This document shows, in pieces, positions 25,563-34,911 of a stretch of DNA of 64,000 nucleotides. The notes under the pieces are model-generated. The model saw only the letters and a program-made list of their open reading frames with translations, was not told where the DNA came from and searched no databases. This DNA is from Candidatus Saccharimonadota bacterium (lineage in GTDB: Bacteria > Patescibacteriota > Saccharimonadia > Saccharimonadales > Saccharimonadaceae), in the NCBI GenBank assembly GCA_017405265.1, contig JAFRAS010000007.1, positions 3,524 through 67,523 on the forward strand. Direction: 5' to 3'. Position 1 is the stretch's first letter, and the number at the start of each line of letters is the position of its first letter. Made by a program: the position numbers and the translations under genes.

Positions 25563-26568
25563 CGAAAACCGCCAAACCTCGAAAAGAAACATCCGTCGCA
25601 TGGCCCAGTCCGAGGGCAGCCATGTCCTCCGCGATTCCGCTCGCGTTTTGAAATACGGCACCGCGAACTTCGCCCGCAACTTCTGGCTCTCCGCCGCCGC
25701 CACTGCCGTGATGACGATTACTCTCATCCTCCTCTTTCTGACCGCCGCCGCGACCATCGTCCTCTCCGAGACTGCCGACTCGATGCGCGAAAAAATCGAC
25801 ATCACAATTTTCTTAAAACCGGGAACAAAAGATGCCACTCTCGGCCAGCTCACCGAAATTATCTCTGAAGATAAGAATGTGAAATCCGTCGTCGTCGCGA
25901 ACTCCGAACAAGAATTCGCCGCCTTCCTCGAGGAGAATAAGGACAACGCCGCCCTGATGGAGACTTTGGAAGACGAGGAAATGAAAGAAATAATGCTAAA
26001 AACCATGCAATCGACCATGCGCCTCAAAGTTTATAACGTCGAAGATCTGACCTCAATTAAGTCTATCGTCGAATCCGACCCTCTCTTCGTGACCAACCTC
26101 GACGAAAAAAAGGAACCGACCTACGACGTGAACGCCAGCGAAATCGCGACGATAACCTCCTGGGCCAACATCGCGAAAAACGGTGGCCTCGTCCTCTCCG
26201 CCATTTTCCTCACCGTCTCGATTTTGATTATCTTTAATACGATTCGCATGGCGATTTTCTCCCGTCGCGAAGAAATCTATATGGAAAAACTCATCGGCGC
26301 CTCGACCGGCTTCATCCGCGGCCCCTTCATCGTCGAAGCCCGAATTTACGGCATCATTGCTGGCCTGATTTCCGCCACTCTCTGCTACTTCGCCTTCCAC
26401 TTCGCCTCCCCCGCCCTGAACGGCTACGGGATTAACACTGGAACCATCGAAAAATACCTCGAATCCTCCTACCTTATCCTCTTCTATCTCGCCATGGTCG
26501 CCCTCGGGATGCTCATCGGCTCCCTCTCCGCCCACCTCGCCCTCCACCGCTACCTGAAAAAAGCCTAA
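25552..26568 (+). CDS. ftsX: Cell division permease FtsX
   Basis: RNFWLS, IFNTIRMAIFSRREEI..KLIGA..FIRGPF. Confidence 0.94.
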   Translation: MANNENRQTSKRNIRRMAQSEGSHVLRDSARVLKYGTANFARNFWLSAAATAVMTITLILLFLTAAATIVLSETADSMREKIDITIFLKPGTKDATLGQLTEIISEDKNVKSVVVANSEQEFAAFLEENKDNAALMETLEDEEMKEIMLKTMQSTMRLKVYNVEDLTSIKSIVESDPLFVTNLDEKKEPTYDVNASEIATITSWANIAKNGGLVLSAIFLTVSILIIFNTIRMAIFSRREEIYMEKLIGASTGFIRGPFIVEARIYGIIAGLISATLCYFAFHFASPALNGYGINTGTIEKYLESSYLILFYLAMVALGMLIGSLSAHLALHRYLKKA

Positions 26569-26580
26569 AAAGAACGAATC

Positions 26581-26624
26581 TGTGCGCACAATGTGTTGAC
26601 ATTGTTTTGCGCACGTGCTATAAT
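26581..26624 (+). promoter_or_regulatory. TA promoter with overlapping inverted-repeat operator
   Basis: TTGACA(26596)-17bp-TATAAT; GTGCGCA-CAATGT..ACATTG..TGCGCAC spans the -35. Confidence 0.8.
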
Positions 26625-26644
26625 GGATTTAGAAAGGAATTATT

Positions 26645-26953
26645 ATGCGTGAAGCCATGACCGCGAATATCAACGTTCGCACCACCCCAAAGCTCAAGGC
26701 AAAAAGCCAGAAACTTTTTGAGGATTGGGGGCTCGACACCTCCACGGCCATCAATATGTTTTTAAAAGATTGTGTCCGCGAAAAATCCTTGCCTTTCCGC
26801 TTCACTCGGGAAGAAGCTCGTTATGTTCCGAACGCTGAGACGGTCGAGGCACTTAAAGAAGCCAAAGAAATTTCGAAAGACAAAAACGCGGTGGGCTATA
26901 CTAATATGAAAGATTTTGTGAGTGCCCTCCATGACGAAGTTAAAAAAGCCTAA
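26645..26953 (+). CDS. dinJ: RelB/DinJ antitoxin
   Basis: INVR..LK....F...GLD.STAINMFL.......LPF, PNAETVEALKE. Confidence 0.9.
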   Translation: MREAMTANINVRTTPKLKAKSQKLFEDWGLDTSTAINMFLKDCVREKSLPFRFTREEARYVPNAETVEALKEAKEISKDKNAVGYTNMKDFVSALHDEVKKA

Positions 26954-27254
26954 TTTTTTCGACGCATCAGACCTAAAATACGAAATTAGACCTACAAAGC
27001 AATTCATAAAGGACTATAAAAAGGCTCTCCTCCGCGGAAAGAAAGAGAAGAAAATACTCGATGTAATTTTTACACTCGCCAAGGGCGAAAAATTACCTCT
27101 GAAATTTCGCGAGCATAAGCTCGCTGGTGAGTATAGCGATTATTTCGAGTGTCACATCGAACCGGACTGGCTGTTGGTCTATTATCTCGAGGAAAATCAC
27201 CTCGTTCTCGTGCTCGCCCGCACCGGCTCCCATTCCGACCTTTTTGGAAAGTAG
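26922..27254 (+). CDS. yafQ: YafQ-family mRNA interferase toxin (start could be ATG 26931)
   Basis: F.KDYK, EHKLAG, ECHIEPDWLLVY, RTGSHSDLF. Confidence 0.93.
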   Translation: MPSMTKLKKPNFFDASDLKYEIRPTKQFIKDYKKALLRGKKEKKILDVIFTLAKGEKLPLKFREHKLAGEYSDYFECHIEPDWLLVYYLEENHLVLVLARTGSHSDLFGK

Positions 27255-27287
27255 CTCGACTTTTCCCTGCATTTGGAGTATAATAGA

Positions 27288-27339
27288 TATATTCGGGAAT
27301 ACCCGCACCGCCCTGGTCAAAAGACCAGGGAATACTTTT
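27288..27339 (+). ncRNA. Candidate three-way-junction small RNA, copy 1
   Basis: TCGACT-17bp-TATAAT then TATATTC-GGG AATA CCC-GCACCG-CCCTGGTC AAAA GACCAGGG-AATAC-TTTT. Confidence 0.65.
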
Positions 27340-27401
27340 CCACAGCCAACGATTTTTAATTTCCTCTCCACATTTCATTCTGCTCATGTTATAATCATTT
27401 C

Positions 27402-30400
27402 ATGATGGTCAAAAAGAAACACGGCTTTTCTTTCAAAACGAAATTTTTGTTGAGTCTCTTTGCTGTTTTTCTTTCTGTCTCCGTTTTTGTCATGAACAAC
27501 CGCTCTGTCTTCGCTGCCGGCGAAGGCGACTGCTATGCTTCCGGCGGTACCTGGCGCGATGGCACTTGTGACTGCGGCTCCGGCCGCACCGTTGGCGCCG
27601 ATGGTCGTTGCGTTCCTTCCGATACGATAATTGACCAAATACAAGGCGGGTCAACCAATGCGATTTACAAAAAATCGTTATTTCTTGGCGCGTATGAATG
27701 TTATACTAATCACGCTAAGATCGGCAACGAATTCACCGCCGGTAGCACCAGATTTGGCAGCAACACCTTTTTTAACGACAATGACATAATTTACCTACCC
27801 ACTGGATTCGAAAATTCACTACATTCATCCAGGGAACACTGCGAATATGTTATGAGCGGTTTTCACGGGAATGACGATAATAATAGCCGAGGAAACGATT
27901 ATTCCACGGGTCTTTTGGAAGAGTTCAACAAAAGTCGCTGGAAACCAAATGCAATAGGCGAAGAGGGCATGCAAAATCTTGGCCTAATTGAACAAGCCGG
28001 TGGCAATAATAAAAAATACGTGCTTAAATTTCAGCTTACTCCCGCCGGAGGTCAGACCACAGAATATACTATAACATACGAGAATCATTCCGCTACTATT
28101 ACTCCTGCCGCTGAAGGCGAAAATTTATGCAATACTACATCCGGACCATGGGGCTCGGCAGACCCCTTTGCTATATGTACGGCTGGAGGATACAGAGTCG
28201 GATGGGCTCATATCGGTAATAACTGGGCTACTTTTGATATGCATAATAGATTTGCGCTGGTAGATAGTAGTAATAGTGTATTAGACGCACAGGGCACGGG
28301 CGGATGGCTATATATATGCAACGACAAAACGCATTTTTCTAGAGAAATTAGCGGCGGCATAATTAGTATGGATTGTGGCGGTACCTATGAGACCACTATT
28401 AATTATGATAATAATGCTCCTACACTTACGGCGATGACTTATGTCGAGGAATCGTCTGAAGGTAGCGGCAAGTATAAGTTCTCCGATCCCCCAGCTGGTA
28501 GTTTTTGGAATATGGTAAAATCCATTACCGGCAAAAATGTCGCCGAGAACATATCCCAGTTTTATTTGACCCCAGACGAGCAAAAAACTTTATATATGAC
28601 CTATATTAACGGCGTCATACATAATAGCGACCTTAAATTCTCTTCTACATGTTACGCTCAGGGTTCAAGCGAATTCCAGGCCGCGAGAACTAATGGAAAC
28701 TATATGGCCATTAATAATGGGCAATGGTGTCTCCTTGAGGGCATGGACTCATTGAATCAGAATAGCGCATGGGATAACATGAAACTAAATGGAAGCGGGA
28801 GCAAAGTGATTAGTCGGGAGGGAAAATTTGCCGTTGTAACTGCCCAGGACGCATCGAAAAATGGCACTAAGCTCGGAGCGACACAAGATAGTTATATTGA
28901 TGCGTTGCGAGAAGTTATAAGATTATTAATGGCTCTCGACGAATTTATTGATGCCGGACAAGAGATACCTACGGTAACACCGACGTCTTCCTCTGAGGAC
29001 TCCGTCTGTCTCAAAGAAAACGCCGCGGGCGCGGTGAGCTGGGCGATTTGTCCAACCATGGAAGGTCTCGCCGAAGGCTCAGACGGCATCTATGCTCTAA
29101 TCAAAGACTATCTAAGGATCGACGCCGACCTTCTCAAAATCGGTGATGGTCACGACGGCACTTATCAAGTCTGGCAATATTTCGTCGGCTTCGCCAATGT
29201 CTTCGCCGTGATTTTTCTCCTCTTTATCGTCTTCTCCCAAGTCACCGGTTACGGAATTAACAACTACGGCGTGAAAAAAGCCCTCCCGAAGCTCCTCGTG
29301 ATGGTGCTTTTAATCAATCTCTCCTTCCTCATCTGTCAGCTCGCCGTTGACCTTTCGAACGTCATCGGCCAGAGCCTGAGTTTGCTTTTAAACTCGGTCG
29401 CTAAGACTGCAATAGGCAATGTCTCCAATCTCACCGTCAGTGCCGCCGGTGTCGGCGAAGTGAATTGGATCCAGGGTTTTGCTATTGGTGGCGCTACTAT
29501 GGGAAGCCTTGTTCCGACCATTATTACAGTTCTTATGTCCACCACTGGTTGGATTGCGGTAATTCTCATTATCTTTGCCGTCCTTGCCATGTTTATCGCT
29601 GTCCTCGCAGTCTTCGTGATGCTCGCCGCTCGCGAAATTTTGGTCGTTGCTCTCGTTGCGCTCTCTCCGCTCGCCTTCGCTTGTAACATTTTCCCCGGTA
29701 CTGAAAAAATCTTTAAGCGCTGGTTTGATATTTTTAAAGGCATGCTTCTTATCTTCCCAATCGCCAGCGGCCTCTACGGCGTCGGTTGCATCATTCAGGC
29801 TATTATTATCTCGTCCCAAGGCGGGCATCTTCAAGTCTGGGAAAGTATCATTGCCGCCCTCGCCCCGATGGCTCCCTTCGTCGCTCTCCCCGGCCTCCTC
29901 CGCTCCTCTCTGAACGCCGTCGGCAACATCGGCACCACAATCCAAGGCCTCGGCAACCGCGCCCGCGGCGGTTTGAACAATGCCTCCCGCGCCGTCCAAA
30001 ACTCCGAACGTGGCCGCGAAGCTCAGCGCCAGCGCCAGATGAACCGCGACGAGCGCATCGTGAACCGTCTCCGCCAACGCGAAGCGAACGGTGCCACCCT
30101 TAGCGACTATAACCGTCGTCGTCTGAATCGCCACGCCGCTTCTTTTAATGCTGCTACGCGCGAGGATATTGCAGCTCAAAACGCCAACCCTGAACTTCTT
30201 GTTGCCGGTACCGCCGCCTACGAAGCTATGGCTGCCGGCGTCCAAAATAAAGAACGCGAAAGCCGCATTGGCGATCGGGTAATGTTATTACAAAACAATA
30301 ATCCCGATAACAACACTCTCTTTACTATGTATCAAGATGCAATTAATTCTGGCGATAATGAGCAGGCCGTCGCGATTGCTCGCTACGCCGGTCGCAGTAA

Positions 30401-31169
30401 GCCGACCGCTAATCAATTTGCTGATTATATCAGAACAAACGGCGGGGTCATGAATCGCGAAGTTGCTCGCGAAATTATGACTGGTGCCAGCGCCGGAACC
30501 TATAAGGCCGCCACCGGCACCCTCTATGAATATGCCTCCCAAATTCATACCAATGACACAGATCATCAAGTTTTCGATGGTGGTGGCAATATTAGAGACT
30601 ACGCCGACTGGGCCACTGCCGATCTCGTCGACGCGCATACTGGCGAACACTATTCGAACATTTCTCTTGCTGTCGAACATAATATGTCGAAGCCCGAGGA
30701 GCTCGCTGGCCAAGGCCGCAGTACTTTGAGCGAAGTCGAGCACGCCAAAAATGGCGTCGCCCACTCCTATACTTCCGGGGCTAACACTAGAAATGTCAAC
30801 TTTACTGCTGGTCGCACCTTTACCGCCGCTGGCAACCAAGCCCTCGAGCGCAACGCCGCCGGCGCCCTCGCTCTCGAAAACGTCGACAACACGAAAGAGC
30901 AAAACTACCGCAATATCGCCAACGGTCGCGGCACCATCGCGCAAGAAAACGCCGCCGCTGCCGCCGATATTGCTGCCGCTCGTCAATCCGACACTCTCGC
31001 CGGCACTTATCGCGACGGCGCTGGTAACATCCGCCGCGTCGTTCGCAACGCCGACGGCACTTATAGCCTCTTCGACGGTAGTAATGTTCAGGTCCACATC
31101 CGTCGTGGTCCTACCAACGCCAACGATGTCGACAGTAATCTTCGTGGCGGTGGCTATACTAAAATCTAG
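27402..31169 (+). CDS. Large polytopic membrane protein with VirB6/TrbL-like core
   Basis: Signal peptide, Cys-containing extracellular region, TM block with LPKL..LLINLSF.ICQLAVDLSN and SPLAFAC..FPGT. Confidence 0.7.
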   Translation: MMVKKKHGFSFKTKFLLSLFAVFLSVSVFVMNNRSVFAAGEGDCYASGGTWRDGTCDCGSGRTVGADGRCVPSDTIIDQIQGGSTNAIYKKSLFLGAYECYTNHAKIGNEFTAGSTRFGSNTFFNDNDIIYLPTGFENSLHSSREHCEYVMSGFHGNDDNNSRGNDYSTGLLEEFNKSRWKPNAIGEEGMQNLGLIEQAGGNNKKYVLKFQLTPAGGQTTEYTITYENHSATITPAAEGENLCNTTSGPWGSADPFAICTAGGYRVGWAHIGNNWATFDMHNRFALVDSSNSVLDAQGTGGWLYICNDKTHFSREISGGIISMDCGGTYETTINYDNNAPTLTAMTYVEESSEGSGKYKFSDPPAGSFWNMVKSITGKNVAENISQFYLTPDEQKTLYMTYINGVIHNSDLKFSSTCYAQGSSEFQAARTNGNYMAINNGQWCLLEGMDSLNQNSAWDNMKLNGSGSKVISREGKFAVVTAQDASKNGTKLGATQDSYIDALREVIRLLMALDEFIDAGQEIPTVTPTSSSEDSVCLKENAAGAVSWAICPTMEGLAEGSDGIYALIKDYLRIDADLLKIGDGHDGTYQVWQYFVGFANVFAVIFLLFIVFSQVTGYGINNYGVKKALPKLLVMVLLINLSFLICQLAVDLSNVIGQSLSLLLNSVAKTAIGNVSNLTVSAAGVGEVNWIQGFAIGGATMGSLVPTIITVLMSTTGWIAVILIIFAVLAMFIAVLAVFVMLAAREILVVALVALSPLAFACNIFPGTEKIFKRWFDIFKGMLLIFPIASGLYGVGCIIQAIIISSQGGHLQVWESIIAALAPMAPFVALPGLLRSSLNAVGNIGTTIQGLGNRARGGLNNASRAVQNSERGREAQRQRQMNRDERIVNRLRQREANGATLSDYNRRRLNRHAASFNAATREDIAAQNANPELLVAGTAAYEAMAAGVQNKERESRIGDRVMLLQNNNPDNNTLFTMYQDAINSGDNEQAVAIARYAGRSKPTANQFADYIRTNGGVMNREVAREIMTGASAGTYKAATGTLYEYASQIHTNDTDHQVFDGGGNIRDYADWATADLVDAHTGEHYSNISLAVEHNMSKPEELAGQGRSTLSEVEHAKNGVAHSYTSGANTRNVNFTAGRTFTAAGNQALERNAAGALALENVDNTKEQNYRNIANGRGTIAQENAAAAADIAAARQSDTLAGTYRDGAGNIRRVVRNADGTYSLFDGSNVQVHIRRGPTNANDVDSNLRGGGYTKI

Positions 31170-31208
31170 CCCCTATAAATTCCTCCCCGCTCGTGCTATA
31201 ATATCCTC

Positions 31209-32303
31209 ATGAAAGTAGCAATAGTTCACGATTGGCTCACCAACATGGGTGGCGCAGAACAGGTCGTCCTGAATCTCCACCGCCTTTTTCCCGATGCGCC
31301 AATCTTCACCACCTTTTTTACTCCCGAAAATCTCCCCTCGGAGTTTAAAAATCTGAAAGTAAAAACCTCCTTTCTTCAAAAAAAGAAACCGGTAACGGAC
31401 CACAAAAAATACTTCCCCCTGATGCCTCTCGCCTTCAAAAAGTTTAACAAAGAGCTCGAAAATTATGATCTCGTGATTTCAATTTCCACCTGTTGCGCAA
31501 AATCCGTAAAGGCAAAAAACGGCGCCCATATTTGCTATTGCAACACCCCAATGCGCTACGCTTGGGACTTCCGTGAAGAATATTTGAAAGACATGAATCC
31601 CGTGAAACGCTTTCTTGCTCGTCTTTTCCTTATTTATATGCGCCACTGGGACAAAAAAACCGCAAAAAATGTCGATTTTTACATCGCCAACTCGAACGAA
31701 ATCAAGTCTCGCATCAAGCGTTGCTATGGTCGCGACTCAGTTGTCGTGAATCCGCCTGTTCGCTGCGACGTTTTTAAGCCGACCTCCGACGAGCCAGGCG
31801 ACTACTATCTCTTCGTTTCGCGCCTTGTCGAATATAAGCGCGCCGATCTCGCGATTAAGGCCTGCGAAAAACTCGAAAAAAATCTGATTGTTATCGGCGA
31901 CGGCCCCGAGCGCGAAAAACTCGAAAAGCTCGCCGCCTCCCACACCACCTTCCTCGGTCGTCTGAGTGACAAAGAAATCGAAAAATATCTCGCGCACGCG
32001 AAAGCCCTCATCTTCCCGGCCTTCGAGGACGCCGGCATCGTCCCCGTCGAGGCCATGTCCGCCGGTCGCCCCGTCATCGCCTTCGGCAAAGGCGGCGCCC
32101 TCGACACCGTAATCGACGGAAAAACCGGCGTTTTCTTCCCGCACCAAACCGTGAAATCCCTGATGAACGCCATAAAAAAGTCCGAAAAAATAAAATTCGA
32201 CCCGAAATTCATCCGAAATCACGCCAAAGCCTTTGACGAGCCCGAGTTTCGTGTTAAAATAATGAAATACGTTAAACAAAATTTACCTAATGAAAAGTTT
32301 TAA
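31209..32303 (+). CDS. GT4 glycosyltransferase
   Basis: VHDWLTNMGGAE, EDAGIVPVEAM. Confidence 0.92.
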   Translation: MKVAIVHDWLTNMGGAEQVVLNLHRLFPDAPIFTTFFTPENLPSEFKNLKVKTSFLQKKKPVTDHKKYFPLMPLAFKKFNKELENYDLVISISTCCAKSVKAKNGAHICYCNTPMRYAWDFREEYLKDMNPVKRFLARLFLIYMRHWDKKTAKNVDFYIANSNEIKSRIKRCYGRDSVVVNPPVRCDVFKPTSDEPGDYYLFVSRLVEYKRADLAIKACEKLEKNLIVIGDGPEREKLEKLAASHTTFLGRLSDKEIEKYLAHAKALIFPAFEDAGIVPVEAMSAGRPVIAFGKGGALDTVIDGKTGVFFPHQTVKSLMNAIKKSEKIKFDPKFIRNHAKAFDEPEFRVKIMKYVKQNLPNEKF

Positions 32304-34719
32304 TCTGAAACGCACTATTCTTCTGGCCTTAATTTTTGCGATTTTCTTAACTTCCTCCTTCGATGTCGCCCTGACTCTCGAACTCTTCGGCTTCACCTTC
32401 CGCCTGACCCAACTTCTGTCAATTGTTTTAATGTTAATAATTGGAATTCAAATTATTATCAAACGTCGCGTCGAAAAGCCTCTGGGTCTAAGATATCTTA
32501 TTTTCTGGATAATCCTATTATTACTCTTTACGTTTAATACAATTTTACCGAAAACGAACTTAGCTTACGACGCCTGGGCAGTTTTCAACGTTGCCCTCGT
32601 CTTCGCCTTCGTGAACCTCCCGCGCGAAAAACTCCTTTTCCACGAAGTTTTGCGTCTCTATATCTTCTCCTTCCTCGTCATGGCGCTTTTTGGCATCCTC
32701 GAATTCATCTTGGGTGCTGCCGGCACCAACTTCCCCTACATTACTCAGTGGTGGAGCGCGACCCTCCCCCGCGTGAACGGCCTCTGTTTTGAGCCGTCCT
32801 ATTTCTCGTCTTACATGCTGATCGGCTGGGCGCTGACTCGCTACCTGATTCACAAAAAATACCCCTTCGCCCGCCACCCCTATCTCATTCTTGTCGCTAT
32901 CGTCCTCTCACTCGCCCTCTCTTCTTCTCGGATGGGTCTTCTCGTGATGACTATTTTTGAACTCATCTTCGGTGTTGTCTCTGTCATCCGCACGAAAAAA
33001 CCGCTCCTCCCGCTTGCGAGTTTCGTCATAACCGTCGCCCTCGCCTTCGGTCTGCCTTACCTTAACGCACGTATCTTCACACCTTCTGGCGGCGAATCCG
33101 CCGAGGAATCTTTCTCTCGCATCATGGACGGCACTGGCATCGGCGGCACCTCCTCGCACTCCTCCGCCGAGCGTATCGACTCCCTGAAGGACACCCTCGC
33201 CGTCTTCCTCGACTCCCCGATTTTGGGTCGCGGTTTTGGCGGCACTTTCGTCGAAATTGCCAAAAAACACGACCTCGACCCCGCGAAAATCTCTCTGCAG
33301 GATGAAGCAGGCAGTATGAACATCACCGCCGAAATTCTCGCCGCCACCGGCATTTTCGGCTTTATCGCCCTTCTTTTCTATCTCGCCGCTCTCTATTCCT
33401 CTCCTCGTCGCCTTTCCGCCGCGCATAAAACCGCCAGCAATTCTCTCGCTCCTTTGAAAGGTCTCCTCTTCGCCCTCCTCATCACCCTCATCATGTTCCA
33501 ACTGAACCAGAACCCCCTCCGTCCCTACATCTGGCTACTTATTGCGATGGTTTCCTACGCTTACGCGACTTTGAATGCCACTCTCCCCCCGAAAAAACAC
33601 CCGAAAATCGCCGTTGACGCCCGAATGCTAAAAATGTCCGGCATCGGCACCTATCTTAAAAATCTCGTTAAAAATGGTTGTTACGACCTCACTCTCGGCG
33701 CCCCCGAGCCGACCGGACTAAAAAACATCCCCTATAACGCTAATATATACGGCATAAAAGAACAGCTAAAATTCCCATATCTTAAACTCTGGCGCGAAAA
33801 CCCCGCCCTCCTCCACTGCCCGCACTACAACATTCCGCTTTTCTACTCCGGAACTCTCGTCACGACCGTCCACGACCTGACCCACCTAAAATACCCCGAA
33901 TTTTTACCTAACAAATTCGGCTACCTCTACGCCCGTTTCATGCTCGGCCGCGCCGTAAAAAAATCCACTCTCGTCCTCACCGTCTCCGAGAACACGAAAA
34001 AAGATATTCTCGAGTATTACCACGTCAACCCTGACAAGATTATTGTGATTCCGAACGGCGTCTCGATAGATTTTAAGCGCTTGCGCAAGGAAGGAACTTT
34101 TGCGACAACGTGCGACGACGTGGAGCACATTAGCGACGAGCCGCGTAACGACGCGCGCGAGGAGCATGTCGCAAAAGTTTCTTCCTTGGGTAGCAAGCGC
34201 GTATTATTGTATGTCGGGAATCTGAAGCCGCACAAGAATCTCAAAAATCTCTTGAAGGCCTTCGCAAAACTCGAAAACCGCGACGATTTGACCTTGCGTC
34301 TCGTCGGCAAATCTTTCGATAATTACAACATTCTCGACAAATTGCCAAAAAAGTTAGGAATTGAGAAAAATCTCGAAATCCTGGGCGAAAAATCCTCCGA
34401 CGAACTCGTAAAAATCTATAATGAAGCCGACCTCTTCATCTTCCCGTCTCTCTACGAAGGCTTCGGCCTCCCCATTCTCGAATCTCTCCGCTGCGGCACT
34501 CCCGTCGTCTGCTCGAACACTTCCTCCCTTCCCGAAGTCGGCGCTGACCTCGTCTCCTACTTCGACCCCACCTCCCCCTCCGACATGGCGCGCGTCATCT
34601 CCGCCCACCTCGACGACAAACTCACCTTCGACTACCAAAAAGCCAAAAAACACTGCGACGCCTTCTCTTGGAAATCTTCCGTTGAGAAAACAAAATCTGC
34701 TTTTAGAGAAGCGCTTTAG
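32290..34719 (+). CDS. O-antigen ligase/polymerase-like membrane domain fused to GT4 glycosyltransferase
   Basis: About 12 TM with R.NGL.FEPS, SSR.G, PILGRGFG; then DARM..SGIGTY, PHKN, YEGFGLPILE. Confidence 0.85.
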   Translation: MKSFNLKRTILLALIFAIFLTSSFDVALTLELFGFTFRLTQLLSIVLMLIIGIQIIIKRRVEKPLGLRYLIFWIILLLLFTFNTILPKTNLAYDAWAVFNVALVFAFVNLPREKLLFHEVLRLYIFSFLVMALFGILEFILGAAGTNFPYITQWWSATLPRVNGLCFEPSYFSSYMLIGWALTRYLIHKKYPFARHPYLILVAIVLSLALSSSRMGLLVMTIFELIFGVVSVIRTKKPLLPLASFVITVALAFGLPYLNARIFTPSGGESAEESFSRIMDGTGIGGTSSHSSAERIDSLKDTLAVFLDSPILGRGFGGTFVEIAKKHDLDPAKISLQDEAGSMNITAEILAATGIFGFIALLFYLAALYSSPRRLSAAHKTASNSLAPLKGLLFALLITLIMFQLNQNPLRPYIWLLIAMVSYAYATLNATLPPKKHPKIAVDARMLKMSGIGTYLKNLVKNGCYDLTLGAPEPTGLKNIPYNANIYGIKEQLKFPYLKLWRENPALLHCPHYNIPLFYSGTLVTTVHDLTHLKYPEFLPNKFGYLYARFMLGRAVKKSTLVLTVSENTKKDILEYYHVNPDKIIVIPNGVSIDFKRLRKEGTFATTCDDVEHISDEPRNDAREEHVAKVSSLGSKRVLLYVGNLKPHKNLKNLLKAFAKLENRDDLTLRLVGKSFDNYNILDKLPKKLGIEKNLEILGEKSSDELVKIYNEADLFIFPSLYEGFGLPILESLRCGTPVVCSNTSSLPEVGADLVSYFDPTSPSDMARVISAHLDDKLTFDYQKAKKHCDAFSWKSSVEKTKSAFREAL
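34077..34200. repeat. Intragenic coding palindrome, divergent family B copy
   Basis: CAAGGAAGGAACTTTTGCGACA / TGTCGCAAAAGTTTCTTCCTTG arms; core GACAACG..CATTAGCG..CGT(A/G)ACGACG..TGTC. Confidence 0.85.
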
Positions 34720-34882
34720 AGGAGAGGACTTCTTTCGAGTCTCGCTCTTTAAGATTCGCGACGGGAAAATGTATATTCCTGACGGACCCGACAGGTTCGT
34801 CCCGAAGGGACGGTTCTGTCGGCGTCCCAGCGTATGACATTTTCCCGAGCGAGTCGCGTAGCGAGAGAGAAGTCCTCTCCTC
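34719..34882. repeat. 164-bp intergenic imperfect palindrome
   Basis: GAGGAGAGGACTTCT/AGAAGTCCTCTCCTC, CGGGAAAATGT/ACATTTTCCCG, apex CGTCCC-GAA-GGGACG. Confidence 0.88.
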
Positions 34883-34911
34883 AAACAGAAGTGTGTTATA
34901 ATAAAGGTATT

